From an uncultured Spirochaetota bacterium (GTDB lineage Bacteria > Spirochaetota > Spirochaetia > SZUA-6 > CAVTHK01): a DNA stretch of 64,000 nucleotides. Both the position numbers and the translations under genes were made by a program. The notes below the pieces were generated by a model that was not told where the DNA came from, did not search any database, and saw only the letters and a program-made list of their open reading frames with translations. Where the stretch lies: the NCBI GenBank assembly GCA_963734495.1, contig CAVTHK010000011.1, positions 96,001 through 160,000 of the forward strand. The letters run 5' to 3'. Position 1 is the stretch's first letter. Each line of letters starts with the position of its first letter. This document shows positions 10,958 to 20,816 of this stretch, piece by piece.

Positions 10958-11650
10958 CTACATGTGAAAGAGCCGCCTCAGCTCGGGCCGGCTGCGCAGC
11001 GAGCGCTGGAGAAAGAGCAGCACCAGGACGACCGGCACGATGCACCCGAACGCCACGAGCGACCAGCCTGGCGCGAAGGGACGCGAGAGGTGTCGGTTGA
11101 GGATCTGCTCCAGCCCCAGCAGGTAGAGACCGGCGGCGAGCAGCGCGAGCGCGGTCACCTGCAGAGGCGGCCGCCGACGCGCGATCGCAGCGGTGGCCGC
11201 GGCGAGCACGACGGCCAGCAGCGCCGCCGGAAGCGCCAGGGGCACGAACCACGGCGGGCCGGCCGTCAGCTTGTCGAGGCCGTAGAGAAAGGCGAGCAGG
11301 GCGGCCGTCTGGCAGCCGAGCCAGACGAGCGGCCGCGGGCAGGAGACGATAGCGACGACCGCCGAGACCCACAGAAAGCCGATGGCGGCCAGCGGGTACA
11401 GCGACCACGTGAGCCGCATGCGGTAGGCAAAGTCCGCTGCGAACACCACGGTCGCCGCCGCGCCGGCCAGGATCGTCGCCGCCTCCAGCATCCAGCGCCT
11501 CATCGCGCGCGGCGCCCCGCGCGGCTCGGGGGGGCGCGGCGCCGCCTTCGGCTCGCCGGGGGTGTCCGCGGAGCCCAGCGGCGTCCCGCACAGCGGGCAG
11601 CGAGCCAGCCCTTCTTCAACCTCTACTCCGCAGCTCCTGCACAGACTCAT
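10958..11650 (-). CDS. Zinc-ribbon membrane protein (DUF6320-like)
   Basis: N-terminal CRSCG...RCPLCG followed by about 6 TM helices; directly downstream of the acyltransferase. Confidence 0.75.
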   Translation of the reverse strand: MSLCRSCGVEVEEGLARCPLCGTPLGSADTPGEPKAAPRPPEPRGAPRAMRRWMLEAATILAGAAATVVFAADFAYRMRLTWSLYPLAAIGFLWVSAVVAIVSCPRPLVWLGCQTAALLAFLYGLDKLTAGPPWFVPLALPAALLAVVLAAATAAIARRRPPLQVTALALLAAGLYLLGLEQILNRHLSRPFAPGWSLVAFGCIVPVVLVLLFLQRSLRSRPELRRLFHM

Positions 11651-11652
11651 CT

Positions 11653-12924
11653 CTATCGCTCCCCGACGGTCACCCCGACGCCCTTGCCCGCGAGCGTGGT
11701 GAAGAACCGCCGCTCGACCTCGCGGTCCTCGACGACGCTTCCGAACGCCACGCGCAGCTCGCCGCGGAAGCTGAGCACGGCGCAGTTCTTCTTTATGCTC
11801 GAATTCGGGCCGAGCGCGAAGCCGAACGACGCGATGTGGGAATCGATCGCCTCGGGGACCGTTACCCGCCCGAGGTTGGAGAGGACTCCGGAGTAGACCC
11901 GTTCGCCGAGACGCCTGTTGGCGACCGAGAGCATCATGTCCTTGAGCGGCAGCGGCACGGCGCGGATCAGCGGGTTCCTCTCCGCGCCGACGTTGCGCGC
12001 GATCTGTCGCGCGAGCTGCTTCTCATCGACCTCCATGCGCATGCTGTGGTGCACCCGGGCGACGATCTCTTCGAGGCTGTACTCGCCGACGGCGAGGTCG
12101 ATCTCCGGCGAGACGAACAGCGAGAAATTCCGCATGGTCTCGGACGGGTGGAACTGGCGCATGTTCACAGGAACCTCGAGGCGGATGACGGTCCGCCTCC
12201 CGCCCGAGCGGCGGCGCGTCTCGGAAAGCGCATGCATGTAGAGCGCGACGAGGTACTCGGTGAGGCTCGCGCCCTGCTCGCGCGCGAGCTCCAGAACGGA
12301 CGCGAGCGGCATCCGGCCGGTGAGGATGCGGTAGCCGGGCGCCGGCCGCCTGCCGCCGGCGAGCTGCCAGGCGGGCGCCAGGCGCGGAGGCTTCGGCAGC
12401 CGGCCGCGGAAGAAGCGGTTGTGGGCGTCCTCGAACTCCCCCGCGGCCGGCTCCTCCGCAGGGTCCAGGAACGGCGCGCGATCCCCGACCCGCACCCCGC
12501 ACTGCGACAGGTACTCGGTCACCAGCGTTCCGAGGAACCGGAGGCCCCCGCCCCCGTCGGTGAGGACGTGCGAAAAATCGACGGCGACGCCGCGGCCCCT
12601 CGCCTGGACGCGCAGCAGGTGCGTGTCGCGCCGGCGCAGCGCGATCATGGAGACCGGCAGGTCGCCCATGGGCTCGATCGCGGGGACTCCCTCGTGGCGC
12701 AGCAGGTAGTACCAGAAGACGCCGCGCCGGAGATAGACCTGAAAGTACGGGCAGCGCCGCAGCACGACCCTCAGCGCTTCGGCGAGCGCCGCGATCCGCA
12801 CCGGCGTCGCGAGCTCGACCGACAGGCGGAACACGGCGGGGGAGCCGGGCGTAAAGGAAGAGGGGTAGATCTTTGCCGCGTTGTCCAGCCTGAGCCAGTC
12901 GCTTTCGCGAAGGTCGGTTGTCAT
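11653..12924 (-). CDS. Alcohol acetyltransferase / condensation-domain CoA-dependent acyltransferase
   Basis: WLRLDNAAKIYP, HxxxD motif HVLTDGGG, VPVNMR, LSNLG. Confidence 0.85.
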   Translation of the reverse strand: MTTDLRESDWLRLDNAAKIYPSSFTPGSPAVFRLSVELATPVRIAALAEALRVVLRRCPYFQVYLRRGVFWYYLLRHEGVPAIEPMGDLPVSMIALRRRDTHLLRVQARGRGVAVDFSHVLTDGGGGLRFLGTLVTEYLSQCGVRVGDRAPFLDPAEEPAAGEFEDAHNRFFRGRLPKPPRLAPAWQLAGGRRPAPGYRILTGRMPLASVLELAREQGASLTEYLVALYMHALSETRRRSGGRRTVIRLEVPVNMRQFHPSETMRNFSLFVSPEIDLAVGEYSLEEIVARVHHSMRMEVDEKQLARQIARNVGAERNPLIRAVPLPLKDMMLSVANRRLGERVYSGVLSNLGRVTVPEAIDSHIASFGFALGPNSSIKKNCAVLSFRGELRVAFGSVVEDREVERRFFTTLAGKGVGVTVGER

Positions 12925-12946
12925 GGCCTTTTCCGCAGGCAACAGA

Positions 12947-13585
12947 TTACACCCACAGCCCGTGCGCGATGAACTGCAGCCACGGGTCTTCGCCCAGGAC
13001 CAGGTAGTAGATGAGCGTGGCCATCCATCCGTGAAAGACGCCCAGCGGGTAGAGGTTGCGCACGCGGAACCAGGTGCTCGTCGTGATGACGGCCATGACC
13101 GAGGTGGTCAGGACCAGCGCGGGCGAAGGGAGGTGCACGGCGGCAAACGCGACGGCCGTCGTCGCTACGGCCCATCGCTCGCCAACGCCCAGGCCGTCGC
13201 GGAGGTTCCCGGCGAGGAGGGAGACGATGAGGAACTGCTGCACCAGCCCCCACGCGGGATACAGGAGAAGGAGGGGAAGCATGTGCCAGTGCAGGAGCAT
13301 CCGCCCGCTCCAGAGCCCGTACAGCAGGCATGCGATCGCTCCGGCCGCGGCGAACGGCGCCAGGCGCCGCGTCGATTCGCCGATCCCGGCGCCGGTAAAG
13401 CCCCATGCCGCGAGCCGGCCGGGATCCGTGCGCGCGCGCAGCAGGACGTAGCCGGCCCAGAACATGCAAGCCGCGACGATAAAGGGGAGCTTGAAGCCGA
13501 GCCCGTCCGACACGACGAACTTTCCGAAGCCGGTCAGAACGAGGGCGACGATCTCGCCGCGGGCGCGGGTCACCGACGTCTTCAC
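12947..13585 (-). CDS. CPBP (Abi/CAAX) family intramembrane protease-like protein
   Basis: Multi-TM protein; WGLVQQFL (QQ in place of EE), FAAVHLP, LGVFHGW; GTG overlaps the upstream stop. Confidence 0.7.
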   Translation of the reverse strand: MKTSVTRARGEIVALVLTGFGKFVVSDGLGFKLPFIVAACMFWAGYVLLRARTDPGRLAAWGFTGAGIGESTRRLAPFAAAGAIACLLYGLWSGRMLLHWHMLPLLLLYPAWGLVQQFLIVSLLAGNLRDGLGVGERWAVATTAVAFAAVHLPSPALVLTTSVMAVITTSTWFRVRNLYPLGVFHGWMATLIYYLVLGEDPWLQFIAHGLWV

Positions 13586-14640
13586 GGCTGAGCCCTCAGC
13601 AGGGAGAGAGGGATCTCCTGCCGCAGCTTCTCCCGCCCTTCCGCATCCAGGATCCGTACGGTGAGCAGCGGGTCCTCGCGGTCCCAGTCGATGTCGAGGG
13701 CGCCCACGTTGTGTCCGATATAAGCGCCGCCGACCCGGAACCTGTTCCGATCGGGCTCGTCGACGGGGGACTTCCGGTTGAGCCCGCTCGAGGTCACGTC
13801 GTAGAGCGGGTAAAGCCCTTCCGCGTCGAGGCGGGAGATCTCGGCAAAGTGGCGGTCCCCGCTCAGGAAGATCACCCCCGAGGCCTCCGTCCTGCTCAGG
13901 GTCTCCAGCAGCCGCTTCTGCTCCAGCGGGAAGTTGGCCCATGCCTCCCAGCCGTGCTGCGCGGCAAGCACCTGGATGCTCGAGACGATCAATCGCACCC
14001 GCGCGGGCTCGCGCAGCCGCTCTTCGAGCCAGCGCCACTGCTCCCCGCCGAGGATCGTCGCCGAGGGGTTGTCGTCGGCCACGTAGGGGCCGTGGGTCAG
14101 GCCGGGGATCCGGCCGATGCGCAGCCGCGAGCGGAAGTACCGCGTGTCGAGCAGGATGATCTGAACGCGACGGCCGGGCGGCCCGAAGAAGGCGCTGTCG
14201 TAAACGCCGTCGTGCGCGCGCCGCGGAGAGTCCGCGGGCACGCGCCAGAAATCGAGGAAGTGCTCCCTCGACATGACTTTCGCGGGGAAATCGCCGCCCG
14301 CGTCGTTGGCGCCGTAGTCGTGGTCGTCCCAGGTCGCCAGCACCGGGCAGGCCGCCTCGAGCCGCTGGAACGCGGGGTCGTTCCGCAGCTCCGCGTAGCG
14401 ACGCTCGAGGACTGCGGGGTCCGACGTATCCGCGTACACGTTGTCGCCCATGAAGATGAAGAGATCGGGCCGCTCACGCACGGCCACGTCGAGCGTCGGG
14501 TGGGGCCGCGTCGGGATCAGGCAGGAACCGAAGAGGATGCGGCGCAGCGCCTGCTCCTGCGCGGGCAGGGCAGGCGGCAGGCTCGCCGCGATCGCGAGCG
14601 CCGCGGCCAGCGCGCGCAGGCTGACTACACGTGTTCCCAC
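13582..14640 (-). CDS. phoD: Alkaline phosphatase D family protein
   Basis: Signal peptide; FGSC, GDNVYAD, WDDHDYG.ND, LLDTRYFR, LSGDRH, TSSGL. Confidence 0.85.
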   Translation of the reverse strand: MGTRVVSLRALAAALAIAASLPPALPAQEQALRRILFGSCLIPTRPHPTLDVAVRERPDLFIFMGDNVYADTSDPAVLERRYAELRNDPAFQRLEAACPVLATWDDHDYGANDAGGDFPAKVMSREHFLDFWRVPADSPRRAHDGVYDSAFFGPPGRRVQIILLDTRYFRSRLRIGRIPGLTHGPYVADDNPSATILGGEQWRWLEERLREPARVRLIVSSIQVLAAQHGWEAWANFPLEQKRLLETLSRTEASGVIFLSGDRHFAEISRLDAEGLYPLYDVTSSGLNRKSPVDEPDRNRFRVGGAYIGHNVGALDIDWDREDPLLTVRILDAEGREKLRQEIPLSLLRAQP

Positions 14641-15566
14641 GTCGGCACGGGGTACGCGCCGCCCCGCTGCAGCGCCCCGATCGCCGCCCGCACCGCCTCG
14701 CGGTCCTCGCGGTAGGTGACGCCATACCACTGGGCATCGGTCGGCAGCACTTTCATGCGCGCCTCGCCGGTGGCCAGCAGGCGGTTGACCAGCGCCGGGA
14801 TGTAGAGCTCGGCCTTCGGGTCTGCTCCCTTCTCGCGGAGGAACGCGGTGAGCTCGCGCTCCAGGAGCGCGAAGACGGTCGGCGTGAAGCCGAAGAGGTT
14901 CATGGATACGACCTCGTCTCCGCTCAGCTCGAGCCTGCTCCCGTCCGGGCGCAGCGACACGGCGCCGGCGCCCTTCTTCTCGATGCGGGTGTGCTCCTCC
15001 AGGCCCGCGAGCCAGCGCCCGCCGTCCGTTCCTCCGGGTACGCCCGCGCTCACGGTGCAGAGCCCGCGCGACACAGTCCCGTGCTCGGAGAGCGTGTTGC
15101 GGAGCGTAAAGCCGACCATGGCGTAGTCGTGAGATCCGGGCGCCGCCTCGAGGAGGTAACGCGCCATCGCCGCGATCGAGGCGCGGCCGTAGAAATCGTC
15201 GGCGTTGATGACAGCGAAGCCCTCGCGGATCTCGCGACGCGCCGCGTAGACGGCGTGCCCGGTGCCCCATGGCTTGGCGCGCCCGGGCGGCACGCGAAAC
15301 CCCGGCGGGATGTCGTCCATCGACTGCAGGGCGTACGCGACGTCGATGCGGCGCTCGTAGCGGCGGCCGACCGCCTCGCGGAAGTCCTGCTCGATCTCGC
15401 GCCTGATCACGAAGACGACGCGGGCAAAGCCGCTCCTGATCGCGTCGTAGATCGAAAAGTCGATGATCGTCTCGCCGCCCTGGCCGACGGGGTCGATCTG
15501 CTTGATGCCGCCGTAGCGGCTGCCCATCCCTGCCGCGAGCACGAGGAGCGCCGGTTTGCCTGCCAC
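14625..15566 (-). CDS. Sugar-phosphate nucleotidyltransferase (NTP_transferase family)
   Basis: LVLAAGMGSRYGGIKQ, KPWGTGHA, VINADDFYG, WYGVTY. Confidence 0.9.
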   Translation of the reverse strand: MAGKPALLVLAAGMGSRYGGIKQIDPVGQGGETIIDFSIYDAIRSGFARVVFVIRREIEQDFREAVGRRYERRIDVAYALQSMDDIPPGFRVPPGRAKPWGTGHAVYAARREIREGFAVINADDFYGRASIAAMARYLLEAAPGSHDYAMVGFTLRNTLSEHGTVSRGLCTVSAGVPGGTDGGRWLAGLEEHTRIEKKGAGAVSLRPDGSRLELSGDEVVSMNLFGFTPTVFALLERELTAFLREKGADPKAELYIPALVNRLLATGEARMKVLPTDAQWYGVTYREDREAVRAAIGALQRGGAYPVPTWEHV

Positions 15567-15596
15567 GCTGGGTATAATACACGGAGGAGGGGCGGG
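15567..15596. promoter_or_regulatory. Putative bidirectional promoter with overlapping -10 elements
   Basis: TATAAT (+, 15573-15578) and TATTAT (-, 15579-15574) inside a 30-bp gap between divergent starts. Confidence 0.6.
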
Positions 15597-16584
15597 ATGG
15601 AAAAGCGAAGGCTGGGGCGGACCGGCCTCGAGATCTCGCGGCTGGTTTTCGGCTGCGGCGCGGTGGGCGGCGTCCTGTTCAACGCGGCGCCTGACGAAGG
15701 GGTCGAGGCGGTGCGGCGCGCGCTCGCCCACGGCATCAACTGGTTCGACACCGCGGCGTCCTACGGCGACGGCAGGTCCGAGCAGCGGCTCGGGGCGATC
15801 CTGCGCGAGCTCGGGGCGACGCCTCGCGTGTCGACCAAGGTCGGGCTCAAGCCCGAAGAGCTCGGCGACATTCCCGGCGCGATCCGCCGCTCGCTCGAGC
15901 GGAGCCTCGAGCGCCTCGGCATGGCGAGGCGTCGACCTCTTTCAGCTCCACAACCATGTGACGCTCGAGCGCGGCGCGCGCCGCAACTCCCTGGGAGTCG
16001 ACGACGTGCTCGGCAAAGGCGGCGTGGCGGAGACGTTCGAGCGCCTCAGGGCCGAAGGGCTCTTCCGCTGGAGCGGCTTTACCGGGCTGGGCGAGACCGC
16101 GGCGCTGGAGCGCATGGTCGAGAGCGGCGCGTTCCACACGATCCAGGCGTACTTCAACGTGCTCAACCCGAGCGCGGTGCTGAGCGTGCCCGCGGGATTC
16201 ACGGCCGTGGACCTCGGGCGGATCGCGGCCACGGCGCACGCGGCGGGCCTCGGCGTGCTGAACATCCGCGTGCTCGCCGCGGGCGCGCTCGCGGGGCGCG
16301 CGCTGCCGGCGGGAGGCGCGCCCCTCACCGAGGGCGCCGATGCCGCGGCCGAGGCCGCGCGCGCCGCCGCGCTGCGGCGCACCCTCGGCATCGGCGAGCG
16401 GGAGCTCCATCGGCTGGCGCTCCGCTTCGCGCTCGCGCGCCCGGAGATCGATGCCGTGCTGGTGGGCTTTGGCACCGCGGACCAGGTCGATGCCGCGGTC
16501 GCGGCGCTGTCCGACCCGCCGATCGACGAGGCGACCCTGCGCGAGATCGCGCGGTTGTACGAAAAGCCGCCGTTCGCAGCCTGA
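15597..16584 (+). pseudogene. Aldo/keto reductase, +1 frameshift near 15921-15930
   Basis: MEKRRLGRTGLEIS..FGCGAVGG, WFDTAASYG.G.SE, STKV, SLERLG, then VDLFQLHN in the shifted frame. Confidence 0.9.
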
Positions 16585-16611
16585 GGCCGCCGCGGCGGCC
16601 TTCAATTCAAT

Positions 16612-17484
16612 TTACATTTTCCCCAGGGCCGCCGAGAGGTAGTCGCTCTTTACGAAGCGCTCGACCACGAACAGGATCACGACGTTGGGCACCACGAGCA
16701 CCAGCGCGACCACGCTTGCGTTGGTCCGGATAAAGTTGTAGCCGAGGAACGAGTAGAGCACGGTCGGGATCGTCTGGAATGTCGGCGTGCCGATCACGAA
16801 CGTCAGGTTGAACTCCTCGAGGCTCGTGATGAACGCGAAGATCATCCCCGCGAGCAGCCCCGGGCGGATCATGGGGAGAAAGATCTCCCTGATCTTGGTC
16901 CAGGTGCCCGCGCCGAGATTCTCGGCCGCGTCGATCACCTCCTGCGGGATCGCCTCGAAGCTCGTGGTCAGCACGCGGATCATGTAGGGAAGCCCGAGCA
17001 GCGTGTGCCCGAGCACCAGGCCGGGGAACGTCTGCGCGAGGCCGAGAGCGGCAAAGACGCGGCTCAGGAACAGCGCAATCACCATTCCTGGCATGATGAT
17101 GGGCAGGAGCACCAGGATCATGACGTACTTCTTGCCCCTCATCTGCATGCGGCCGAGCGCGTACGCGGTGGGAAGCGCGAGGACGAAGGAGAGGGCCACC
17201 GCGAGCGGAGCGAGCGTGTAGCTCGTGGCTATGCCCTTGAGGAGATCGGTGTACTTGAAGACGTACTGCCAGGAGTGGATGGAGAGCCTGGAGGGCAGCG
17301 TCTGGGGATAGGACCACGGGTGGTCGGGGTCGACCAGCGACCAGAGCACCGCCATCGAGAGCGGCGCCCCGATCCAGACGATCTGCACGACGAACAGGAA
17401 GACGATGAGCAGCCAGTAGAAGCGGCTCTTCGCCCCTTCGGAGATCCTCGCGTGCGCCGCCGGGATTGCGAGCGGTTCCGCCAT
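16612..17484 (-). CDS. ABC transporter permease (PotC/FbpB-like)
   Basis: EAA loop EVIDAAENLGA, 6 TM helices, FITSLEEF. Confidence 0.9.
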   Translation of the reverse strand: MAEPLAIPAAHARISEGAKSRFYWLLIVFLFVVQIVWIGAPLSMAVLWSLVDPDHPWSYPQTLPSRLSIHSWQYVFKYTDLLKGIATSYTLAPLAVALSFVLALPTAYALGRMQMRGKKYVMILVLLPIIMPGMVIALFLSRVFAALGLAQTFPGLVLGHTLLGLPYMIRVLTTSFEAIPQEVIDAAENLGAGTWTKIREIFLPMIRPGLLAGMIFAFITSLEEFNLTFVIGTPTFQTIPTVLYSFLGYNFIRTNASVVALVLVVPNVVILFVVERFVKSDYLSAALGKM

Positions 17485-17487
17485 CCG

Positions 17488-18354
17488 CTACTCCCTGGTC
17501 AACAGGCCGGCGAGCCTGGAATAGGCGGCCACCACGAACAGAGCCGTGACGATGATCAGCACGCCCTGGACCGCGGCCTGCCCCCACTCCTGGAACATCG
17601 TCGCCGTCGTGAGCATGCGCACGGCGAGCGAGTTGGGGTAGTTGGGGCCCGCGACGCTCGTGATCGGGAAGTCGCCGAACGCCTTGATGAACATCAGGAT
17701 CATGGAGACGAGGATCCCCGGCATGGCGAGGGGCACGTAGATGTCCTTGAGGAGGGCGAGCCTGCCCGCGCCGAGGTTCTTCGCCGCGTCGATGACGTCC
17801 TCGCGGATGCCGGCGAGCGAAGCGGCCAGGATCAGGAGCACGAACGGCAGGTTCTTCCAGACCTGGATGGCGATGACTCCCCAGCCCTGCCTGTCGTTGA
17901 GCATGCGCAGCGGCTCCTTGATGAGGCCGAGGAACATGAGGAGCTGGTTGACCAGGCCGTGGTACGAGATCACGTTCACGATCAGAAAGGCAGCCACGAG
18001 GGCGGGGACGAAGAGCGGGATCTTGATCAGCGAGCCGAGCGTCGACTTGCTCGGGTCGGGCTTGCGGAGGAAGAGGGCGAGGGGCAGCGCGAGGGCTACG
18101 GTGCCGACCGAGCTCCCGACGCCCAGCTTGAGGGAGAACAGCAGCGAGTCCTGGACCTCCCGCGTGCCGAGGATCGCCCAGTGGGCGAGCGTGAACCGCG
18201 ACGGGCCGACCATGCTGAAGAGCCCGAAGCTCTGGAAGACGGTGACCATCACGGCGGCCGTCACGAAGAAGAAGATGAAACCGGCCCCCGGGATGAGCAG
18301 GAGCCACGCGAGCAGCTCGCCCCGCGGCTTCGCGCCTCGCGCACGTGCGCTCAT
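17488..18354 (-). CDS. ABC transporter permease (PotB-like)
   Basis: EAA loop DVIDAAKNLGAGR; ATG overlaps the ATPase stop. Confidence 0.9.
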   Translation of the reverse strand: MSARARGAKPRGELLAWLLLIPGAGFIFFFVTAAVMVTVFQSFGLFSMVGPSRFTLAHWAILGTREVQDSLLFSLKLGVGSSVGTVALALPLALFLRKPDPSKSTLGSLIKIPLFVPALVAAFLIVNVISYHGLVNQLLMFLGLIKEPLRMLNDRQGWGVIAIQVWKNLPFVLLILAASLAGIREDVIDAAKNLGAGRLALLKDIYVPLAMPGILVSMILMFIKAFGDFPITSVAGPNYPNSLAVRMLTTATMFQEWGQAAVQGVLIIVTALFVVAAYSRLAGLLTRE

Positions 18355-19409
18355 GCCGATTCCCTTTCGAGCACGCGGATCGCCTCTTCGGGGATCCCGA
18401 GCTCGATCGGGTCCCCCTCGCGGAAGGGACGGCCCGTGCTCATCTGCACGCGGACGCGCACGGTCCCTACGTCGACGAACAGGTCGGTGAGGTTCCCCAT
18501 GAAGATCGCCTGGCTGATCCTGCCCTTTACGCGGTTGGCCATCGGCTCCTGGTAGATCGACACGTCCTCCGGCCGGAAGCTGAAAAGGACGTCCTGGCCC
18601 GCGAGGGGACGATCGCTGCGGAGCGCCAGCTCGCCGAACTCGCCGCGCACGCGGTAGCGGTCGCCCTGGGAGCCGACCACCTGGCCGTGAAAGATGTTGG
18701 CGAGCCCGATGAACCCGGCCACGAAGCTGGTCCGGGGCTGGCAGTAGACGGAGAAGGGATCGCCGACCTGCTCGATCCGGCCCTTGTTCATCACGACGAC
18801 GCGGTCGGAGATCACGAGCGCCTCGGCCTGGTCGTGGGTGACGTAGATCGACGTGATGCCGAGGCGCTTCTGCAGGTTTCGGATCTCGACCCGGACGAAC
18901 TCGCGCAGCTTGGCGTCCAGGTTGGAGAGCGGCTCGTCGAAGAGCAGCACGTCGGGCTCGATGACGATGGCTCGGGCCAGCGCCACCCGCTGCTGCTGGC
19001 CGCCGGAGAGCTCGGAGGGCTTGCGGCTGCCGAGGCCCTCGAGGCCGACCATCTCCAGGACGTTCCTGATGCGCGCTTTCTGCTCGGCGAGAGGGACCTT
19101 CTTCATCCGCAGCCCGAATCGGATGTTCTCGTACACGCTCATATGCGGGAACAGGGCGTAGGACTGGAAGCACATGCCCGTGTTCCGCCTGGCCGGCGGG
19201 ATGTCGTTCATCAGCCTGCCGTTGATGAGGATGTGGCCCCGGTCGGGCAGGAGGAAGCCGGCGATCAGCCGGAGGGTCGTGGTCTTGCCGCAGCCCGAGG
19301 GGCCGAGCAGCGTGATGAACTCGCCCTCGCTGACGTCGAGGTCGAAGCCCTCGACCGCAACGAAATCGCCGAACGTCTTGGTGACGCCAGCGAGCTGCAG
19401 GCCTGACAT
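18351..19409 (-). CDS. ABC transporter ATP-binding protein (PotA/FbpC-like, C-terminal TOBE)
   Basis: GPSGCGKTT, LSGGQQQRVALARA, LLFDEPLSNLD, YVTHDQ. Confidence 0.95.
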   Translation of the reverse strand: MSGLQLAGVTKTFGDFVAVEGFDLDVSEGEFITLLGPSGCGKTTTLRLIAGFLLPDRGHILINGRLMNDIPPARRNTGMCFQSYALFPHMSVYENIRFGLRMKKVPLAEQKARIRNVLEMVGLEGLGSRKPSELSGGQQQRVALARAIVIEPDVLLFDEPLSNLDAKLREFVRVEIRNLQKRLGITSIYVTHDQAEALVISDRVVVMNKGRIEQVGDPFSVYCQPRTSFVAGFIGLANIFHGQVVGSQGDRYRVRGEFGELALRSDRPLAGQDVLFSFRPEDVSIYQEPMANRVKGRISQAIFMGNLTDLFVDVGTVRVRVQMSTGRPFREGDPIELGIPEEAIRVLERESA

Positions 19410-19470
19410 GTTTTTGCCCTCGGCACGAGGGGGGCCTGGCGGTCCGGTCCCCCCTCACGCGCGTCCGGTC

Positions 19471-20634
19471 CTACTTCATCAGGACGTTCTTGACGAAATC
19501 CGCTATGAACTTGGCCTTGTACTGGGCAGGTATCCAGGTGAGGCTGTTCTTGCGCTCGTTCTCCGTGAGCAGCGTGCTGGTGACCGACACGTCCGTGCGG
19601 GCCGGGTAGAGTCCCACGCCGCCGAGCGCCTTCTGCTGGTCGACGTCCGTCAGGAAGGAGATCAGCAGGATCGCGGCCGCCTTGTGGGGCGCGTTCTTGA
19701 GCACGCCGAGGGTGTCGCCGCCGCCGGCGAACCCCATCGTCGGGATGTAGAGCTTCGCGCGCTTGAACAGCGCGCCGCCGCTCATCTGGGTGTAGGCGAC
19801 GTCATCCCAGGCCACCGTCAGCCACAGCTCCCCGTCGTTGACGCGCTGGATCGAATCGTTGTTCGAGTTGGTAAAGACGATCTTGTCCTTGCGGCTGTTC
19901 ACCCAGTCCCACGCCTTGCCCCAGTCCGCCACGTCGGCAGCCTGGACGTCCGTGTCCCCGTAGTACTTGTCCAGCCCGCCCGCCTCGTACTTGAGCAGCG
20001 TCTGCACGAAGGCCTGCCCCGCCCCGCCCTTGGACGGGTCGTTGAACCCGAACCGCTTGGGGTTGGCGTCGATCCACGCGGTCAGCTCCTGCCACGTCTG
20101 CGGCGGATTCTTCACCTTGTCGGGGTCGTAGAGAAGCCCCGTCTGGTTCCGCATGAAGGGCACGAGGTATCCGTTGGTGGCCAGCCCCTCCTGCCTCTCC
20201 CACGCGGCGGGCGCGAACTTGTCCGCGTTCGGCATCCGGGCCTTGAGCGGGCCCATCGTCAGGCCCATGTCGAGGACCGATTTCACCCCGGCGCCGCCCA
20301 CGATCATCGCGTCCATCGTGCCGACCGGCATGTCCTTTTCCGCGATCGCCTTGTTAAAGTTGGCCGTTTCGGCGCCCGACACGATGACCTTGGCGTCGAT
20401 GCCGTACTTCTGTTTAAAGGCGTTCATCGCGTCGACAAAGTAGCTCTCCTTGTACCAGACGTAGAGAACGACCTGTCCCTCCGCCTTTGCGGCCTTGACC
20501 AGATCGTCCCACGGCATGGTGAGAAAGTCCTTCTGGGTCGCCGCGGCCGGCGTTTCCGCGCCCCCGCTGGCGAACGAGAGGGCCGCGCTGCACAGGAGCA
20601 GAAGCCCCAGCAGCATACCTTTCCTCATGTGCAC
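19471..20634 (-). CDS. ABC transporter substrate-binding protein (PotD/YnjB-like)
   Basis: Signal peptide ending FASGGAE; PQTWQEL..W..ANP.RF, NAPHKAAA; first gene of the ABC operon. Confidence 0.85.
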   Translation of the reverse strand: MHMRKGMLLGLLLLCSAALSFASGGAETPAAATQKDFLTMPWDDLVKAAKAEGQVVLYVWYKESYFVDAMNAFKQKYGIDAKVIVSGAETANFNKAIAEKDMPVGTMDAMIVGGAGVKSVLDMGLTMGPLKARMPNADKFAPAAWERQEGLATNGYLVPFMRNQTGLLYDPDKVKNPPQTWQELTAWIDANPKRFGFNDPSKGGAGQAFVQTLLKYEAGGLDKYYGDTDVQAADVADWGKAWDWVNSRKDKIVFTNSNNDSIQRVNDGELWLTVAWDDVAYTQMSGGALFKRAKLYIPTMGFAGGGDTLGVLKNAPHKAAAILLISFLTDVDQQKALGGVGLYPARTDVSVTSTLLTENERKNSLTWIPAQYKAKFIADFVKNVLMK

Positions 20635-20715
20635 CTCCTATGGCGTCTTCGCCAAGTCCCGAGCCCCTCGTACTCGGGGGGCCCCGAGCTCCGATCGTTG
20701 TCAGGGCTCAAGGCA

Positions 20716-20744
20716 ATGGTAGTCACAGAGCACCACGGAGTCAA
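20716..20744 (-). promoter_or_regulatory. Sigma70-type promoter of the ABC operon
   Basis: TTGACT-17 bp-TACCAT on the minus strand, about 80 bp upstream of the start. Confidence 0.65.
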
Positions 20745-20816
20745 AATTGAAGGCTGACGCCCGCCGCCGCTTGCGCTGCCATGGAAGGCCGCGTCGGGAT
20801 GCGGTAGTATGGCGCG

